From Ylistrum balloti (lineage: Eukaryota), in NCBI RefSeq assembly GCF_031769215.1, contig NW_026781959.1:62001-126000 (forward strand): a DNA stretch of 64,000 bases, read 5' to 3'. The notes under the pieces are model-generated. The model made no database searches, was not told where the DNA came from, and saw nothing but the letters and a program-made list of their open reading frames with translations. The position numbers were made by a program, and so were the translations under genes. Below are positions 26,340 to 40,212 of this stretch, one piece after another; position 1 is the stretch's first letter; each line of letters begins with the position of its first letter.

Positions 26340-29300
26340 AATTTGTAATAAATGTACTGACCTCCTACTTCATCTAGCCATCAAGCAAAATAAGCAAGCA
26401 ACTATGAAAACAGTAGAAAATATGATGTGGATGCAAAAAAGTGATCTCATACAAAAGGATCAAGTAACCTGTGCATAGTACTTTTATTATTGATCAGATT
26501 TATTCTTACACAACATCCTAAAAATACCAGATAGTCCATTTGGTCAGGTGATTGATTTGTTTATCCGTGTCAAATTTCAACATCGAGGTTCCCCACATCT
26601 TCATTGCCTTTTGGGATCCAGGACGCTCCTGTCTATGGCAGTTCAACATCACATTTATTGACAACATCATGTCATGTTCATCTGTCGCATCATCTAATCA
26701 TCTCCAAAAACTTGTAAAGCTACAACACAATGCATATACAAGATCATGTAAAAAGAAAAACAAAAGACAGTGTCGCTTTGGATTTCCTCTTCCACCTTTG
26801 GAAGCAACATGCATTTTGGAACGGCTTCCAGATGAATCAACTGAAGTAAATTGTGAAAGTCTGATGGATAAATAAGCAAGTAGGCCTGGGTTCCTGCAAA
26901 ACATCACCTTGGCAGAGTTTGCAGCATGATTTGATAGAAAAAGGAAAACCATCAAAGAAGATGATGATATCATCAACACAACAGACAATTTCATAGATGT
27001 TTTACCAATTGGATTTGAAATACAACTGAAAGATGGCAAGAAATTGGTAAAAAGAACGCAACCAAATGTCTTGCGATATGTTAAGTACTCCATTCAAAAG
27101 ATCCAGAAAATCATTTTAGAGAATAAATCTTACTGTTCCATCCTCGGACAGAAGAACACGCACTTCTAGGAAGCTGCCATTCATACAAATCTTGTTATGA
27201 AGAATTAAGACAACAAATAGACAAAGTAAGAACTGATTTTGACAAATATGGTGAGACTATATCACAGATACACAATAACCTACAGGAACAGCAAGTTGTT
27301 GGTGCCATGGATACTATTGCACCAAACTCTCGACAGTCTGAAGAGGAAGCTTCAACAATAGAAAATGACGCAACAGAAATGGAACTCCTACAACCTCAGA
27401 CGTCAACTCACATGAACTATGATGTTGCATTTGATATGGGGTTGACAACAGCATCAGATGGTACTGAAACCATCATAGCAAATAGACTTACCAATGTGGA
27501 GTATTATTCACTTATTCAATCATTAAACAAGGAACAGATATCCTTCTTTGTCCAAATTCTCCATACAGTGAAAACACAAACCTTACCTTTCTACATTTTC
27601 TTGTCTGGAGGCGCTGGAGTTGGAAAAAACCCTATCCTCAAAGCAGTGTACCAAGGGTTGCTTCGATACTATGACACACAGCCAGGACAAAAGCCAGATG
27701 ATATCAAAGTTGTCATTGGTGCAACCAATGGAAAGGCTGCATTCAATGTGAAAGGCAATACACTACACTCTTGTTTCACATACCTGCAAATCATGCATTG
27801 GCAACATATGCTTAACTGGACCACAGTACATTGAACACATTGTGATGTAAGTTTTCTGCTTTACAAGTCCTTATAATAGACAAAATTTCAATGATGGGCT
27901 GCAACTTCTTCCACTTCCTCAATAACCGATTGAAGGAAATATTTGGAACAGAAAAACAATTTGGAGGAATAAGCCTTTTGTTAGTTGGTGTTTTATTGAT
28001 GGACAGATGGATCTTTCAGAACATTGAAGCAGGGTCTGGACCTATAGCTCCAAACATTTGGCAAGACCTGGTACAGTTATATGAGCTGAAAACCATAATG
28101 CGTCAAAAGGATGATGCTAAGTTTGCTCAAATCTTAAACAGAATCCGTGAGAAAACCATGATGAGGAAGATATCAACTTCCTTATTCCACAATCTACCTG
28201 TCAGCCAGACCAAATACAGAAAGAGAAGACCATCCATTTATTTGCAACAAACCAAGTTGACAATCATAACATCGGATGCTTGGAAAATATTGATTAACCA
28301 GGTTGTATATCCTATGCTACAAATTATACAATTGGGAATGTTGCAACAACAATCAAATCTAAAGTACTAGTGATTGCTCAAAATTTACCAACCCAAAGAA
28401 CCCAAAATTTGAAACTGTCTCCAAATCAAAGTATCTAGACAATATATGATCACACACAACATAGACACTGAAGATGGACTCACAAATGGGGCAACTTGTT
28501 CTGTTAAACACTCACAAATGGACCACCAACAATAATTTGGGTCAAATTTGAAAACAAAATATGTTGGTAATTCAACAAATTGACTGTCAGTTCCAAGTCG
28601 GAAAATACAAAACAGTACTCGTAATTCGAAAACAGTTTCCACTAAGAGCAGCTTCAGCTATTACCATTCACAAGGCTCAAGGCTGTAGTTTCTCTTAAAG
28701 GCGGAATACCACCTCACATGGTCTATGTGGCTTTGAGCAGAGTTACTAACAACTCTAGAATGTTCATGACAGACTTTGATCAATACAAAATTAAAGTTGA
28801 TCAACCTGTGAAAGCAGAAATGGGAGGCCTGAAAACAAGCACTTTAATTTTACATCCAATATCACCTAATGCTGAAAACCAGTTACTAGTGATTTGCCAT
28901 AACACACACTCTCTACATGCTCACATTGCTGATGTTTCGCAAGATCAATACAATTCAACATCAGATATTCTCATACTCCAGAAAACCTGGGAACTTGAGA
29001 CAGATAACAATGCTGCATACAACATTCCAGGTTTCAACCAGGTTCATAAAATGTGCTCAACTCATTCTCAGTTAAGACCTTATTGTGGAACAAGAATCTA
29101 CCTCAAACCATCGATCAAAGTCATTTCTTCAAAAAGTGTACTTCAGAACAACTTTGAGAGCATAGTTATTAAAATAGTAGACAAACTTCGAAGAGAATTT
29201 CTCATTGCCACTGTCTACAAACACCCAAAAGGTCATCCTAATGAAATTTTACAACATATCAACAGTACACTGAGATCTGAAAACAATGTCAACCATATTA

Positions 29301-29515
29301 TTGTGATTGTAGACTTCAACATTGATCTTAAAAAAACGAGCACTTTCACCCAGAAAATGCTATCAAACTTTCAACTGGACAAATGTTTTGATCAATAGAC
29401 TACAGACTATCATTACCAGCTTGACCACATCTACACCAGAGATTCAGATTCACAGTGTGGAACTTTGGAATCATTATGGAGCCACCACAAAAGGCTTTGG
29501 ATATATATATAATGG
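26340..29515 (+). mobile_element. Decayed autonomous Helitron of Helentron type: Rep + PIF1-family helicase + AP endonuclease
   Basis: Rep motifs KFQHRGSPHLHCL(W) at ~26572 and QHNAYTRSCKK...CRFGFPLPP. Helicase motifs GGAGVGK (27607), IDKISMMG, FGGISLLLVG, MRQKDD, DGLTNGA, TIHKAQG and YVALSRV. EN motifs HNTHSL, SDILILQKTW, VDFNID, LDHIY and SHHK. Many stops and frameshifts; termini not resolved. Confidence 0.9.
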
Positions 29516-31019
29516 CTAACATTACCAATATTGAATTGTGTACAGTAATGTTTCACTGAATTATTTTGTATAGTTATAACATCTTCAAAATAGTTCCATG
29601 GTACTCAAATTCAATATCAAGTCATGACGTCAAAAAAAAGTGATTTAATTTTGCGGTGTCAAAATTTCATGCTTTTCTTTCTGGAACTTATTCGCAGGAT
29701 CTAAAATTCGCATTATTCATTTTATTTCATTGTAATAATTGATAGCAAATACAACTGACCTATGATCACATTTTTCACAGAAGTTTTAAACTCGCGCTTT
29801 GAAAGCAAAGTGCAAATATAGCAAAATATAACCCCTCGCCAAATAAAGACATTTTACAGTACAAAGATAAAGAAAGAAGCTGTTAATTTCTTAGCCCACC
29901 ATCCATTGTGGGCTGATCAGATCACCAGTCATCCGTGGTCCATCATCTGCTGTCAAATTCTTAAACTTTCCTTGTTATCACAATTTCTCAGAAACTACTA
30001 CAAGAATCTTTCCGAAATTCCACATATAAATCACCTTGGGGCCCTAGATGCCCATTGCCTGTTTTTTGAAAATCTCCGAATAAAAAATGGCTGCAACTTC
30101 TTTCTTCAAATGCCCTTCTTCTGCACCAGTTCATAAAATACAATCAAACTTTCTCTCTTATAACAAATATTCTACATACTTAACATTGCAATCATCCCGC
30201 AACCCGGCCAATTGTGGATTTGCCCCATTTTTGATAGGAATAAATTTGGGACTAACAAAAAATTTGATACATTGAGAAATTTGAATTCAGCCTTGATTCA
30301 TAGAAGTTTGACTGTATGTTAAAATCTTTTCAAACAACTTTTCAATGAGCATGAGCTCCAGGTAACTAATACTGGGCCTGTGCCATGCTGGAATGACATG
30401 CTACTTAGTTTGTTCAAATGACCTTGAACGACTTTGAAGTCACACGAGGTCATATGTGTTAAAGTCTTCGAGTGACTTCTCAGTAACCAAGAGGACCAGG
30501 GTACTTATAATGATACAGATAACAGTTTCATCACTACATCTCCAAAAAGCAATATTTTGGGAAATATAGTAGCCTGATCAGGTTATGTAATTTAAACATT
30601 CTCCTTAATATAATTCTAATATCTGACTGCTTTGATTTCCAGGTGAAGACTCGACAGAGACTTTGTGCAGCATATGCCTAATTGGCCAACTGGAATTTTT
30701 TCAAGAACAGCTTTAACATAAAAGGTAAGTATAAATAAGTATAAAGTGACTTCTGCTTACATTATGATTATAATCCTTGATATAAAATCTCGGGGTTATG
30801 ATGTTACTGTAATGAACTTGTCTATCTTGCTGTCCACAATCTTATCCAGACTTCCTCTTCTTAAAACTTTTAGGTCAAAGTCTACAAAAATTCATAAACA
30901 TGATCATTATCTATATGTAGCTATTGTATTCTGTCTTGTCATTTTGTACTTTCTGTCTTGCATTGTGTGTCATGTAAAATTTGAACATAACAATTTTTGG
31001 GATGTTAAAGGAAGAAAAC

Positions 31020-33740
31020 TTACAAATTCTTCATTCTAGTCAGAAGTTAAACATTGGTCTCTTCCTCTCTACCATTTTGTAACAGGTTTTCACATTCATT
31101 GATTCTCCTTATCAAAAGTTTGGCCTGCCCAAACCAGGTTTTGGGTTCTAGCAGTATCTCAGCAGTTATTGGCCTAGCCTGTTCATATCTGAGTTTCCAC
31201 CTAGATTTCCTTATGGTATGCTATCAAGTATCCCATCTGCCTGAGGGTACCATCTCGTTGTCAGAAAAGGCCAGAATTCATGGCAGAGTTACCTCTGCCC
31301 AGATGGCTGCAATGAGAGCTCTAGCTGCTTTGCATGTCTCATAGTTCGTCAATGTCATATTGGCTAAATGTCTTTCGATTTTGAAAATTCGTCCAGTCTA
31401 AGAGCCTTACCGTTCCTGCCTGTTGACTGCCCCCTACTCGGGCCCTACCCTTTTTAGAGGGACCCTTCATTCTTCACAGAAGGACATGAAGGAGCACTCA
31501 GTCACCTTAACACTTTTGTTGAAGAGAACTCAAGCCAAGAAGGCCAGTACCTCGCAGAGGTCAGCACATCCTAAGAAGAAGGCTAAACCTTTGACAACAA
31601 ATGCCTGCCTGCATTCCTTTTAGAATTGAAGGAAATCACAGAGGACATGTGGGCAATGTCTAGTTCTGGGAGGGGGGGGGGGTCTAGGAAAAATGCTTCT
31701 TCAGGATTCACCACTGGCTTACTCCTCTGGGGTATTAAGAAAAAATGCTTGGGCACTCCAGGAGGAAGTAAAGAGTGTGCTTGCAAAGGGCATGGTCGAG
31801 GATGTTCCTGTGGTGGACTGCACTCCAGACTTCAACTCCAGAATGTTTCTGTTTCAGAAGTCCCGTGCTTCGACAGGCTTGTAGATTCTCCTCACTTCAA
31901 TACTCATCATTGCCTCCGTGAGAGATGGAATGTTTGTTATTTCGGATGCCTATTTCCGCATCCCCATCAAGAAGTCTGCATGAGAGTTCTTCTGTCTTAC
32001 TTGCAATGGAAAGATCTTTCAGTTCCAGGCCATGCTTATAAGAACTGGTTTTCACAAAACTGCTGGAGGTGGTTGTGGGATTCCTTTACCGTGGTGGAAT
32101 AGATATTCTCATCTTTTTTGATGTTTCCATAATGCGTCACCTGGTGATGGAATCTCTGGTGAAGGACACCAGTTTGGTCCTGAAAATCTTATTCAAGGTC
32201 AGCTTCATTTCTTCTAGAGATAAGTTGATGGTTTCCCTATCTCAAGACATCATTTTCATGGGGAATTATTTCAACATGGTTCTGGGAATAGCTCTTCACC
32301 TTTTGGAGAATTCAAGAAGGCTCTTGCGTTGCTTTCTCAGTTTTTGCAACTCTCTAGCAAGTTGGTTTCTGTTTTCTCAACTCTCCGGCAGATGTGGTCC
32401 CCCATGGGGTGATTTCACATCAGAACTCTCAAGATGCTTCTGCTGGCCAACTGGCTTCCTCAGAACTAATTAGTCAAGTTGAGTGGTTGTGGACATTTTA
32501 GAAGAATGTGTTCCGGGGGTTTCTTTGTGTAATTGGTTCCCTCTATGACTCAGTTTAAGGATGCTGCTATGACAGGTTGGGGAGCCTACCTCGACCATCA
32601 GTGCCACTCTGGGGAGCACACTGGGGAAGAGCTTTCAGAGTGTATCAATGTGCTTTAGATGAGGTCTGTTCTGTTGGCTCTGCAGTCCTTTTGAAGGATT
32701 CTGCATTCCATGGTGATTTGCATGAATAAGGACAACTCTACAATTGTAGTGTATCTGGAGAGACAGGGGCACCAGGTCTTGCATTCTGTGTGCCCTCACC
32801 ATCCAGATTGTTCTTCTCTACCAGGAGATTTGTTTGACTATTTTGGTCAAGCATTTTTCAGGCAGACTGAATAATCTGGAAGACACACTCTCCTGGTGTT
32901 GACAATGTGACATCTGTGTCCTTCAGTTTTCAAGGGAATTTGTCAGCGTGGGACAGGCCTCTCATAGACTTGTCAAAAGAGAATCAGTTGCCATCTTTCA
33001 TGCTTCTTCTGTGAATGGTGTGTTGGCAGGGAGGTTGATCCATTTAAGGCCTTTAAGCATCTGATTTCAAATTTCCTTCTCTGGCTGTTTAGAAACTGCA
33101 ATCTGGCCCCTGGCACCATAACTGGTTACAATATAGCTATTGCCAGTGGCCTTTCTTTTTATGACGTTTCTGCCCTAATTAGAGGCTTTGCTCTGGATAG
33201 GCCCAGCGTTCGGCAGGGGGTGTTCTCAATCCTGTCTGCCTACTTCATTGGGTCATCGGGATATCTCTTCAAGGTAGCTTTGCCAGGTCATTAGGTAATG
33301 CTGAGGAGCATTCAGATAATCAGGCTCGGGCGAGATTGAAATCATGGGCTAATAAGGTCAGGGCAGCTGCATCTTGGGCACTCCTCGATGGGTCCTCTTT
33401 CAGGATGTTGTGTTCACTGCCTTCTGGTGTGATATCCTTGGCTTCTCAATCTAAGGGTCTGTATTCTCTTGGCCCTTTAAAGATGGCTCAGTCTGTGGCT
33501 GTTCCTCCTCTGTAATCTAGGGAATTTTTGATTCATGTGCATTTAGGCGCCACGTTGGGGCACCTACTCCTTAACAGGGAGATGCTTTCCAATTTTATTT
33601 AGTAATTTTTTGGTTGGTTAATGAAATCTGGGGTTTTTTTTTTCAAGTAAAACCATTTTTCATTGTGCAATACTTACCATAACTTTAAGGAGTCCTACCC
33701 TTTCCGTCTCTGCCAGGCTGTCCCTTTTTTTGGGCTCCAT
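31020..33740 (+). mobile_element. Decayed DIRS-type retrotransposon, copy B (same family as copy A)
   Basis: RT (ALQEEVKSVLAKGMVEDVP...FNSRMFLFQK; SDAYFRIPI), RNase H (DAAMTGWGAYL; INVL*MRSVLLALQSF; KDNSTIVVYL; ILVKHFSGRLNNLEDTL) and YR (LAPGTITGY; ALIRGFALDRPSVRQ; KVRAAASWAL). Confidence 0.85.
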
Positions 33741-34731
33741 TAATGTATTCAAGGAACAGAGATCACTCTGTCTCTGTCATCATGGTGCTGAAGGGAGGGG
33801 GATTTTTAAATCTTTTGTTTTTGGTCTACAGACATGATTGCAGGTTCTGTATTTGCATTCTAAAGTTTTACATCATGAAACTGGTTTTATTTAATAAACC
33901 TCAATTTTGGACTGTAGTGCTACCAGATTGTATAACTTTTGCATGTAGAAATTCTGTCATGAAGAAAATGCTTCATTAGCCTTGAGTCATCTGTTTGTTT
34001 TCAATTAAACTCATCGGTAAATATATTGCTTTGTGTACTTGTTGCTATCCTTGTGAAAACATCTTTCACTGCTTTGTATACTGTCATCTTTATATCTTTG
34101 AATATTTTTGTCTAAAAATTTTACTACTTTGATATAGTTTTGTTCAGAAATCTTCATCGTACCGCACCTTACCATACGACTGTTTACTATCTACATAATT
34201 TTGTCATCAGAATGATCTTATTCTCAAAAATTACAAAATATTAATTTGCAATCAGACCTTGAATTGCATGGCTGTGCTCAATCTCAAACATCCTTTCCAA
34301 AGCAGCTGCTACCAGTCTTTTAAACTTGTGGTGTCCTAGGGGATAGGGTCCCATCCTGCATCAGTGACCCCTAGGCTGATTAGTAGTGGCAGGACATATG
34401 AAAATCATACACTTTACATGTCAATATTTGGTATTGGACACTGGCTAAATTCGATGTGGTTTTTAACGTTTCTGATTAATGGACCTGTTCATTATTTTGC
34501 CAAGTCATGTATGGAACATCCTGAGCTCTGTTGGATACTCAAGATGATTGCCTGCTATTTTAAATTTTGACATTTAAATGTTGTTATCACTATTTCTGAA
34601 GAGCTATAGAAGAGACCTCACCTAGAAACTTTGATAAGTTGAAACATGAAAATACCTTGTGCTTCATGTCTCTTTGATGTGTTTTGTTGTTTTTTTGAAG
34701 ATATTTACTAGAGGTGACCTTTATTTTACAG

Positions 34732-35895
34732 AATCCTACAGAATCATCTGGTGAAACAATGGATGTAAATAGAGGAAATAATGGATTTGAATGCGACAAC
34801 TCTAGTCAGAAGGATCTAGATGCTAGCAATATGAAAAGCAGGGGAATCAACCCTTGTAAGACTACACCTTATCACACTTATAATAGTGATGATGAAGGCC
34901 TGCCTCCATTTTCAGAATATTGTAATCTGAGCAGTGTTGAAAATAACCGGGCTTTAATTCAGTCCAGTATTGACAGAAGGAATGGTAGCACAATTGTTGT
35001 TGATAAACCTGGCATTGCTGAACCTAACCAGGCTTGTGGATCTAACCAGGCTGATGGTCAGTCCAATGATGAACCTGGCATTGCTGCACCTAACCAGGCT
35101 TGTGGATCTGACCAGGCTGATGGTCAGTCCAATGATGAACCTGGCATTGCTGCACCTAACCAGGCTCATCAATCTGACCAGGATGGCAATTTTGTTCCTG
35201 ATGGGGGTGAAAACTTTTGAAGCACAATGATGGATCAACCATATACTGTTTTGGTGGTGATCAGCCAACTTTTGAAGTACAAGATGATTACCAACCCAGT
35301 GATATACATGACAATTTTCATTGTCAGCCTTTGGTGTTTCATTCAAGTGGAGAACCTGAACCCTGTGATGACCACCCAAGTATTAAGTCTGGCAATAGTG
35401 TTTGTCATCCAGGTTATGATCCTGGCAATGGTGTTTGTCCGCCAGGTATCAAACCTGATACGTCAGTGGACCATACCACTGCTGTACATTACCAGGCTGT
35501 TCATCAACCTAAAGTTATATTTGATCAGTCGAGTGCTGTATCCAATCAGCCCAGTACTGAACCTGACCAGGTTTTTCCCCATTGCATTGTTAAACCTATT
35601 CAGCAAGGTGTTCAACCTGATCAGGCTGTTCCCCAGCCCAATGTTGAACCCGATCAACTGGTTGTTGGTCAGCCATACATTGATCCTGACAATGGTGTTG
35701 GTCAGCAATACATTGATCCTCCTGATGTTGCTGTTTGGGTGGCCATTGTTTGGCTTTACCTGGATATTCTGTTTTGCAGTTATAAACTGGTTTGATTTTA
35801 GCCAAATGTTAATCTGGGGAAAGCTGTTGATTGTCCAACCAGTGATCCTGATCATGTTGTTAGTCGGCTGGATGTGGATCCAGATATTGCTCTTG
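34732..35895 (+). pseudogene. Large exon-like segment encoding a D/P/Q/V/G-rich repetitive protein, disrupted
   Basis: ttattttacag acceptor; ATG at 34759. Three in-frame 66-bp units (22 aa, the third partial), then ~11-aa QPxxDPD units. Frameshift at ~35217, stops at 35793 and 35799, and a possible GTAAGT donor at 35896. Confidence 0.45.
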
Positions 35896-37071
35896 TAAGT
35901 ACAATGCTGATATTGCTGTGTGGTGATTACAGAGAGCATATCATAAAACCATTGCTAAAGCAAAGCTAAGTAAAATAAGTGAGCAATACAGGTCCAATGG
36001 GCCTCTTGTTTAGAATTTAAGTTAGCGCATCTAATCATTTCAGATTATTTATGATTGGATGAAGTATTTAGAACTTTTTTTGTACAAAATAGTTATTTCT
36101 CTGTATATTTTTTGAAACTAAAATTATTGTGATGTTTAGAATGTTTAATTTATGTAAGACCTTTGATTTTATGTCCCCTAACATCTTAAAAGTGTCAAAA
36201 CAATACTTGTATCAGCAGAAAAAACAAAATAGCCTGTTATGTTGAAATTTTTAAAGGATTTGTTAGGATTGCATGTACTTCAACTTGTGCATTGTGATTG
36301 TTTCATCTATGGTAGTCTGGATCAAAACATGAATTCCAGATGTAGTATATATATAGGTATATGATCAATGAAGTAATAGCAACAGTGTGGACAAAAAACC
36401 ATCCCAAGTTAGTGTATGTAATATGGTGATTACAATATCAAAAATATTCTACATAAATCTAGGTATGTTTTGCGCTCTAGACACTGAGCATATTTGTGAT
36501 CGCAATATATATATATATATATTTACTCACCTTTAATCAGAGAACCATATGACAGCTTTTCAAGTCTGACCACCAACATAATTTAGTTGGGTGAATCAAT
36601 ATTATGACATTTTCCAAGTAGTAGTGTTTTATCCTTTTTTCAGTTTATTCTCTGTGATGTATCATTGTTTTCTAGTTACTTGTAGTGTTTTCCCTAAGAG
36701 CCGGCAGCCAGCCGATTCAACCGCCTAAAACACCAAATTTTGAAAAGTTGAAGGAAAAAAACACATTTACTGAAACTAAATTTCCCAGATTAATTGTCGT
36801 CGTCCATCGAATGTCAGCATAATTTACACAATTGTGTGATTATAACATGTGAATGTCAAAGTTACATGTTACATGCCGGTTAGATTGATCAATCTGCCTC
36901 CTGCTTTAAATCTTAAGGAAAACACTGTAGTTGTACAGTACATTGTCACCAGCTTTTGAATAAATATATTAAAAAATGATTCTCTCTTGTTTTTTTTACA
37001 AGCTCAATGTCACAGCGCCTCCAAAGTTATAGTAATTAAAAGCTTCAATTGCTCCTAGAATCAGATTTCTC

Positions 37072-38760
37072 TATATCAAGTGTCTGATGTCTCTTCAACA
37101 AATGTCTGATGTCACTACATCAAGTATCAGATGTCTTTACATCAAGTTTGTGATGTCTCTATATCAAGTGTCTGATGTCTCTTCAACAAATGTCTGATGT
37201 CACTACATCAAGTATCAGATGTCTTTACATCAAGTTTGTGATGTCCCTATATCAAGTGTCTGATGTCTCTTCAACAAACGTCTGATGTCACTACATCAAG
37301 TATCAGATGTCTTTACATCAAGTTTGTGATGTCCCTACATCAAGTGTCTGATGTCTCTTCAACAAATGTCTGATGTCACTACATCAAGTATCAGATGTCT
37401 TTACATCAAGTTTGTGATGTCCCTACATCAAGTGTCTGATGTCTCTTCAACAAATGTCTGATGTCACTACATCAAGTATCAGATGTCTTTACATCAAGTT
37501 TGTGATGTCCCTATATCAAGTGTCTGATGTCTCTTCAACAAACGTCTGATGTCACTACATCAAGTATCAGATGTCTTTACATCAAGTTTGTGATGTCTCT
37601 ACATCAAGTGTCTGATGTCTCTTCAACAAATGTCTGATGTCACTACATCAAGTATCAGATGTCTTTACATCAAGTTTGTGATGTCCCTACATCAAGTGTC
37701 TGATGTCTCTTCAACAAATGTCTGATGTCACTACATCAAGTATCAGATGTCTTTACATCAAGTTTGTGATGTCCCTATATCAAGTGTCTGATGTCTCTTC
37801 AACAAACGTCTGATGTCACTACATCAAGTATCAGATGTCTTTACATCAAGTTTGTGATGTCCCTACATCAAGTGTCTGATGTCTCTTCAACAAATGTCTG
37901 ATGTCACTACATCAAGTATCAGATGTCTTTACATCAAGTTTGTGATGTCCCTACATCAAGTGTCTGATGTCTCTTCAACAAATGTCTGATGTCACTACAT
38001 CAAGTATCAGATGTCTTTACATCAAGTTTGTGATGTCCCTATATCAAGTGTCTGATGTCTCTTCAACAAACGTCTGATGTCACTACATCAAGTATCAGAT
38101 GTCATTACATCAAGTTTGTGATGTCTACATCAAGTGTCTGATGTCTCTTCAACAAATATCTGATGTCACTACATCAAGTATCAGATGTCTTTACATCAAG
38201 TTTGTGATGTCCCTACATCAAGTGTCTGATGTCTCTTCAACAAATGTCTGATGTCACTACATCAAGTATCAGATGTCTTTACATCAAGTTTGTGATGTCC
38301 TTACATCAAGTTTGTGATGTCTCTTCAACAAATGTCTGATGTCACTACATCAAATATCAGATGTCTTTACATCAAGTTTGTGATGTCCCTACATCAAGTG
38401 TCTGATGTCTCTTCAACAAATGTCTGATGTCACTACATCAAGTATCAGATGTCTTTACATTAAGTTTGTGATGTCCCTACATCAAGTGTCTGATGTCTCT
38501 TCAACAAATGTCTGATGTCACTACATCAAGTATCAGATGTCTTTACATCAAGTTTGTGATGTCCCTACATCAAGTGTGTGATGTCTCTTCAACAAATGTC
38601 TGATGTCACTACATCAAGTATCAGATGTCTTTACATCAAGTTTGTGATGTCTCTGTATCAAGTGTCTGATGTCTCTTCAACAAATGTCTGATGTCACTAC
38701 ATCAAGTATCAGATGTCTTTACATCAAGTTTGTGATGTCCCTACATCAAGTGTCTGATGT
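37072..38760. repeat. 88-bp higher-order tandem repeat (4 x 22 bp), ~19 copies
   Basis: Sub-units tatatcaagtgtctgatgtctc / ttcaacaaatgtctgatgtcac / tacatcaagtatcagatgtctt / tacatcaagtttgtgatgtccc. Period 88 (37072, 37160). Confidence 0.95.
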
Positions 38761-40041
38761 CTCTACATAGAATTTCTGTTGTCTACACCAGGTACCTAAT
38801 GTCACCATCAAATGTCTTATGCCCCTCTTTCAAGTGTCTTATGTATCTCCATCAACTATTCAGGTCTATATATAATTAACTTCAAAATACTCTTCCGCTT
38901 ACATTGTCCGTTGGGCAGAACGTCAGTAACATTTTGACCACTCATTGGTCAAGCCTTACCTAGTGTCTTTCATTAGAATATCATTATAGATTTTGACTAA
39001 AAATAGAAACGAAATGTCCTTAAATAAAAAGACTTTGTGTAAATCTGTAATTCCAAACCTGTATCCTAAATTATTGATTCTTAAACAAAAGGATATGGCA
39101 TTTCCATTGATAAAAAATGCTCAATTTCTTTTTATAGAGTTGACAGTAAGACAAAAATATGCCAATCCAGGAGGAAGATAGAATGGTGCCCGTTAGGATT
39201 CCATGAATATTTATCTTCCACCAGGACTGGCTTTACATCAACTGTTTACCCCATCTGGTAACAGTTTATTATTTACAGTTACATTTCTGTTCTCAGATAT
39301 TTAGAAAAAATAAAAACAAAACAAAACAAAATGTTGCCCCATTAAAATTTCCTGCTTATCAGCAAGTCCAAATCTATTGAACACCTGTTGTCCTCATAGA
39401 AACCAATTGTTTGAAATAGTTTACACATATATAACTTGAATATTGATATAAACATACAATTTTTTAGATAGTACATTATTTTACAATAATGTTTTTTTCA
39501 TTTATTTGAAATAAAATTGTGAATTAATTTTGCATGAGCAAGTGATGTGGCTTCATTGAACACTTTGTTGTTTCTATGTTTCATGTCTTGGAGTGGATTG
39601 GTTGGCAAATTTCAGAATAAAATAACCATGGAATTTATGGAAGTTGATCCTATTAGTGTCAACATTCTGTTTGAAATGGAATCTACATTAAGTAATTTGG
39701 ACTATCATATTGACGTCTGTCTACTGTAGCAGATGAAGAAACTTAATGATCTAATATGTTATGGCAATAAGAATTTTGTGGCAAAATTGAATGTTTGACA
39801 ATAAATTTGTTCTGTTAAAATTTGGTAGCTCTACAATTTCTTGTTTCTGGTGAAGGTCTTAATTCCAACAACTTTAGAGATATCAGCACACTGTCTTACT
39901 GTATAATGATACTACCATATTGAAGTAAAGAGACTAATGGCCAGTTTTATTAATTACCTTACCAACCGAATCACTGTAAATACACATCTATAAGGTACAT
40001 ATGGTCTCTTATTCTACAATTTAGCGTGGTCATGATATAAA

Positions 40042-40212
40042 GGTGAATACAACAAAGATTGTAAATATTACATTTATTTACCAGGTGATTACAACAAAGA
40101 TTTGTAAATATTACATTTATTTACCAGGTGAATACAACAAAGATTTGTAAATATTACATTTATTTACCAGGTGAATACAACAAAGATTGTAAATATTACA
40201 TTTATTTACCAG
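40042..40212. repeat. 42-43 bp tandem repeat, 4 copies
   Basis: ggtgaatacaacaaagattgtaaatattacatttatttacca repeated. Confidence 0.9.

Noticed and set aside
35227-35939. Overlapping 223-aa (+) and 158-aa (-) ORFs
   Set aside because: Alternative-frame shadows of the repetitive exon; the repeat periodicity is clearest in the 35217 frame.
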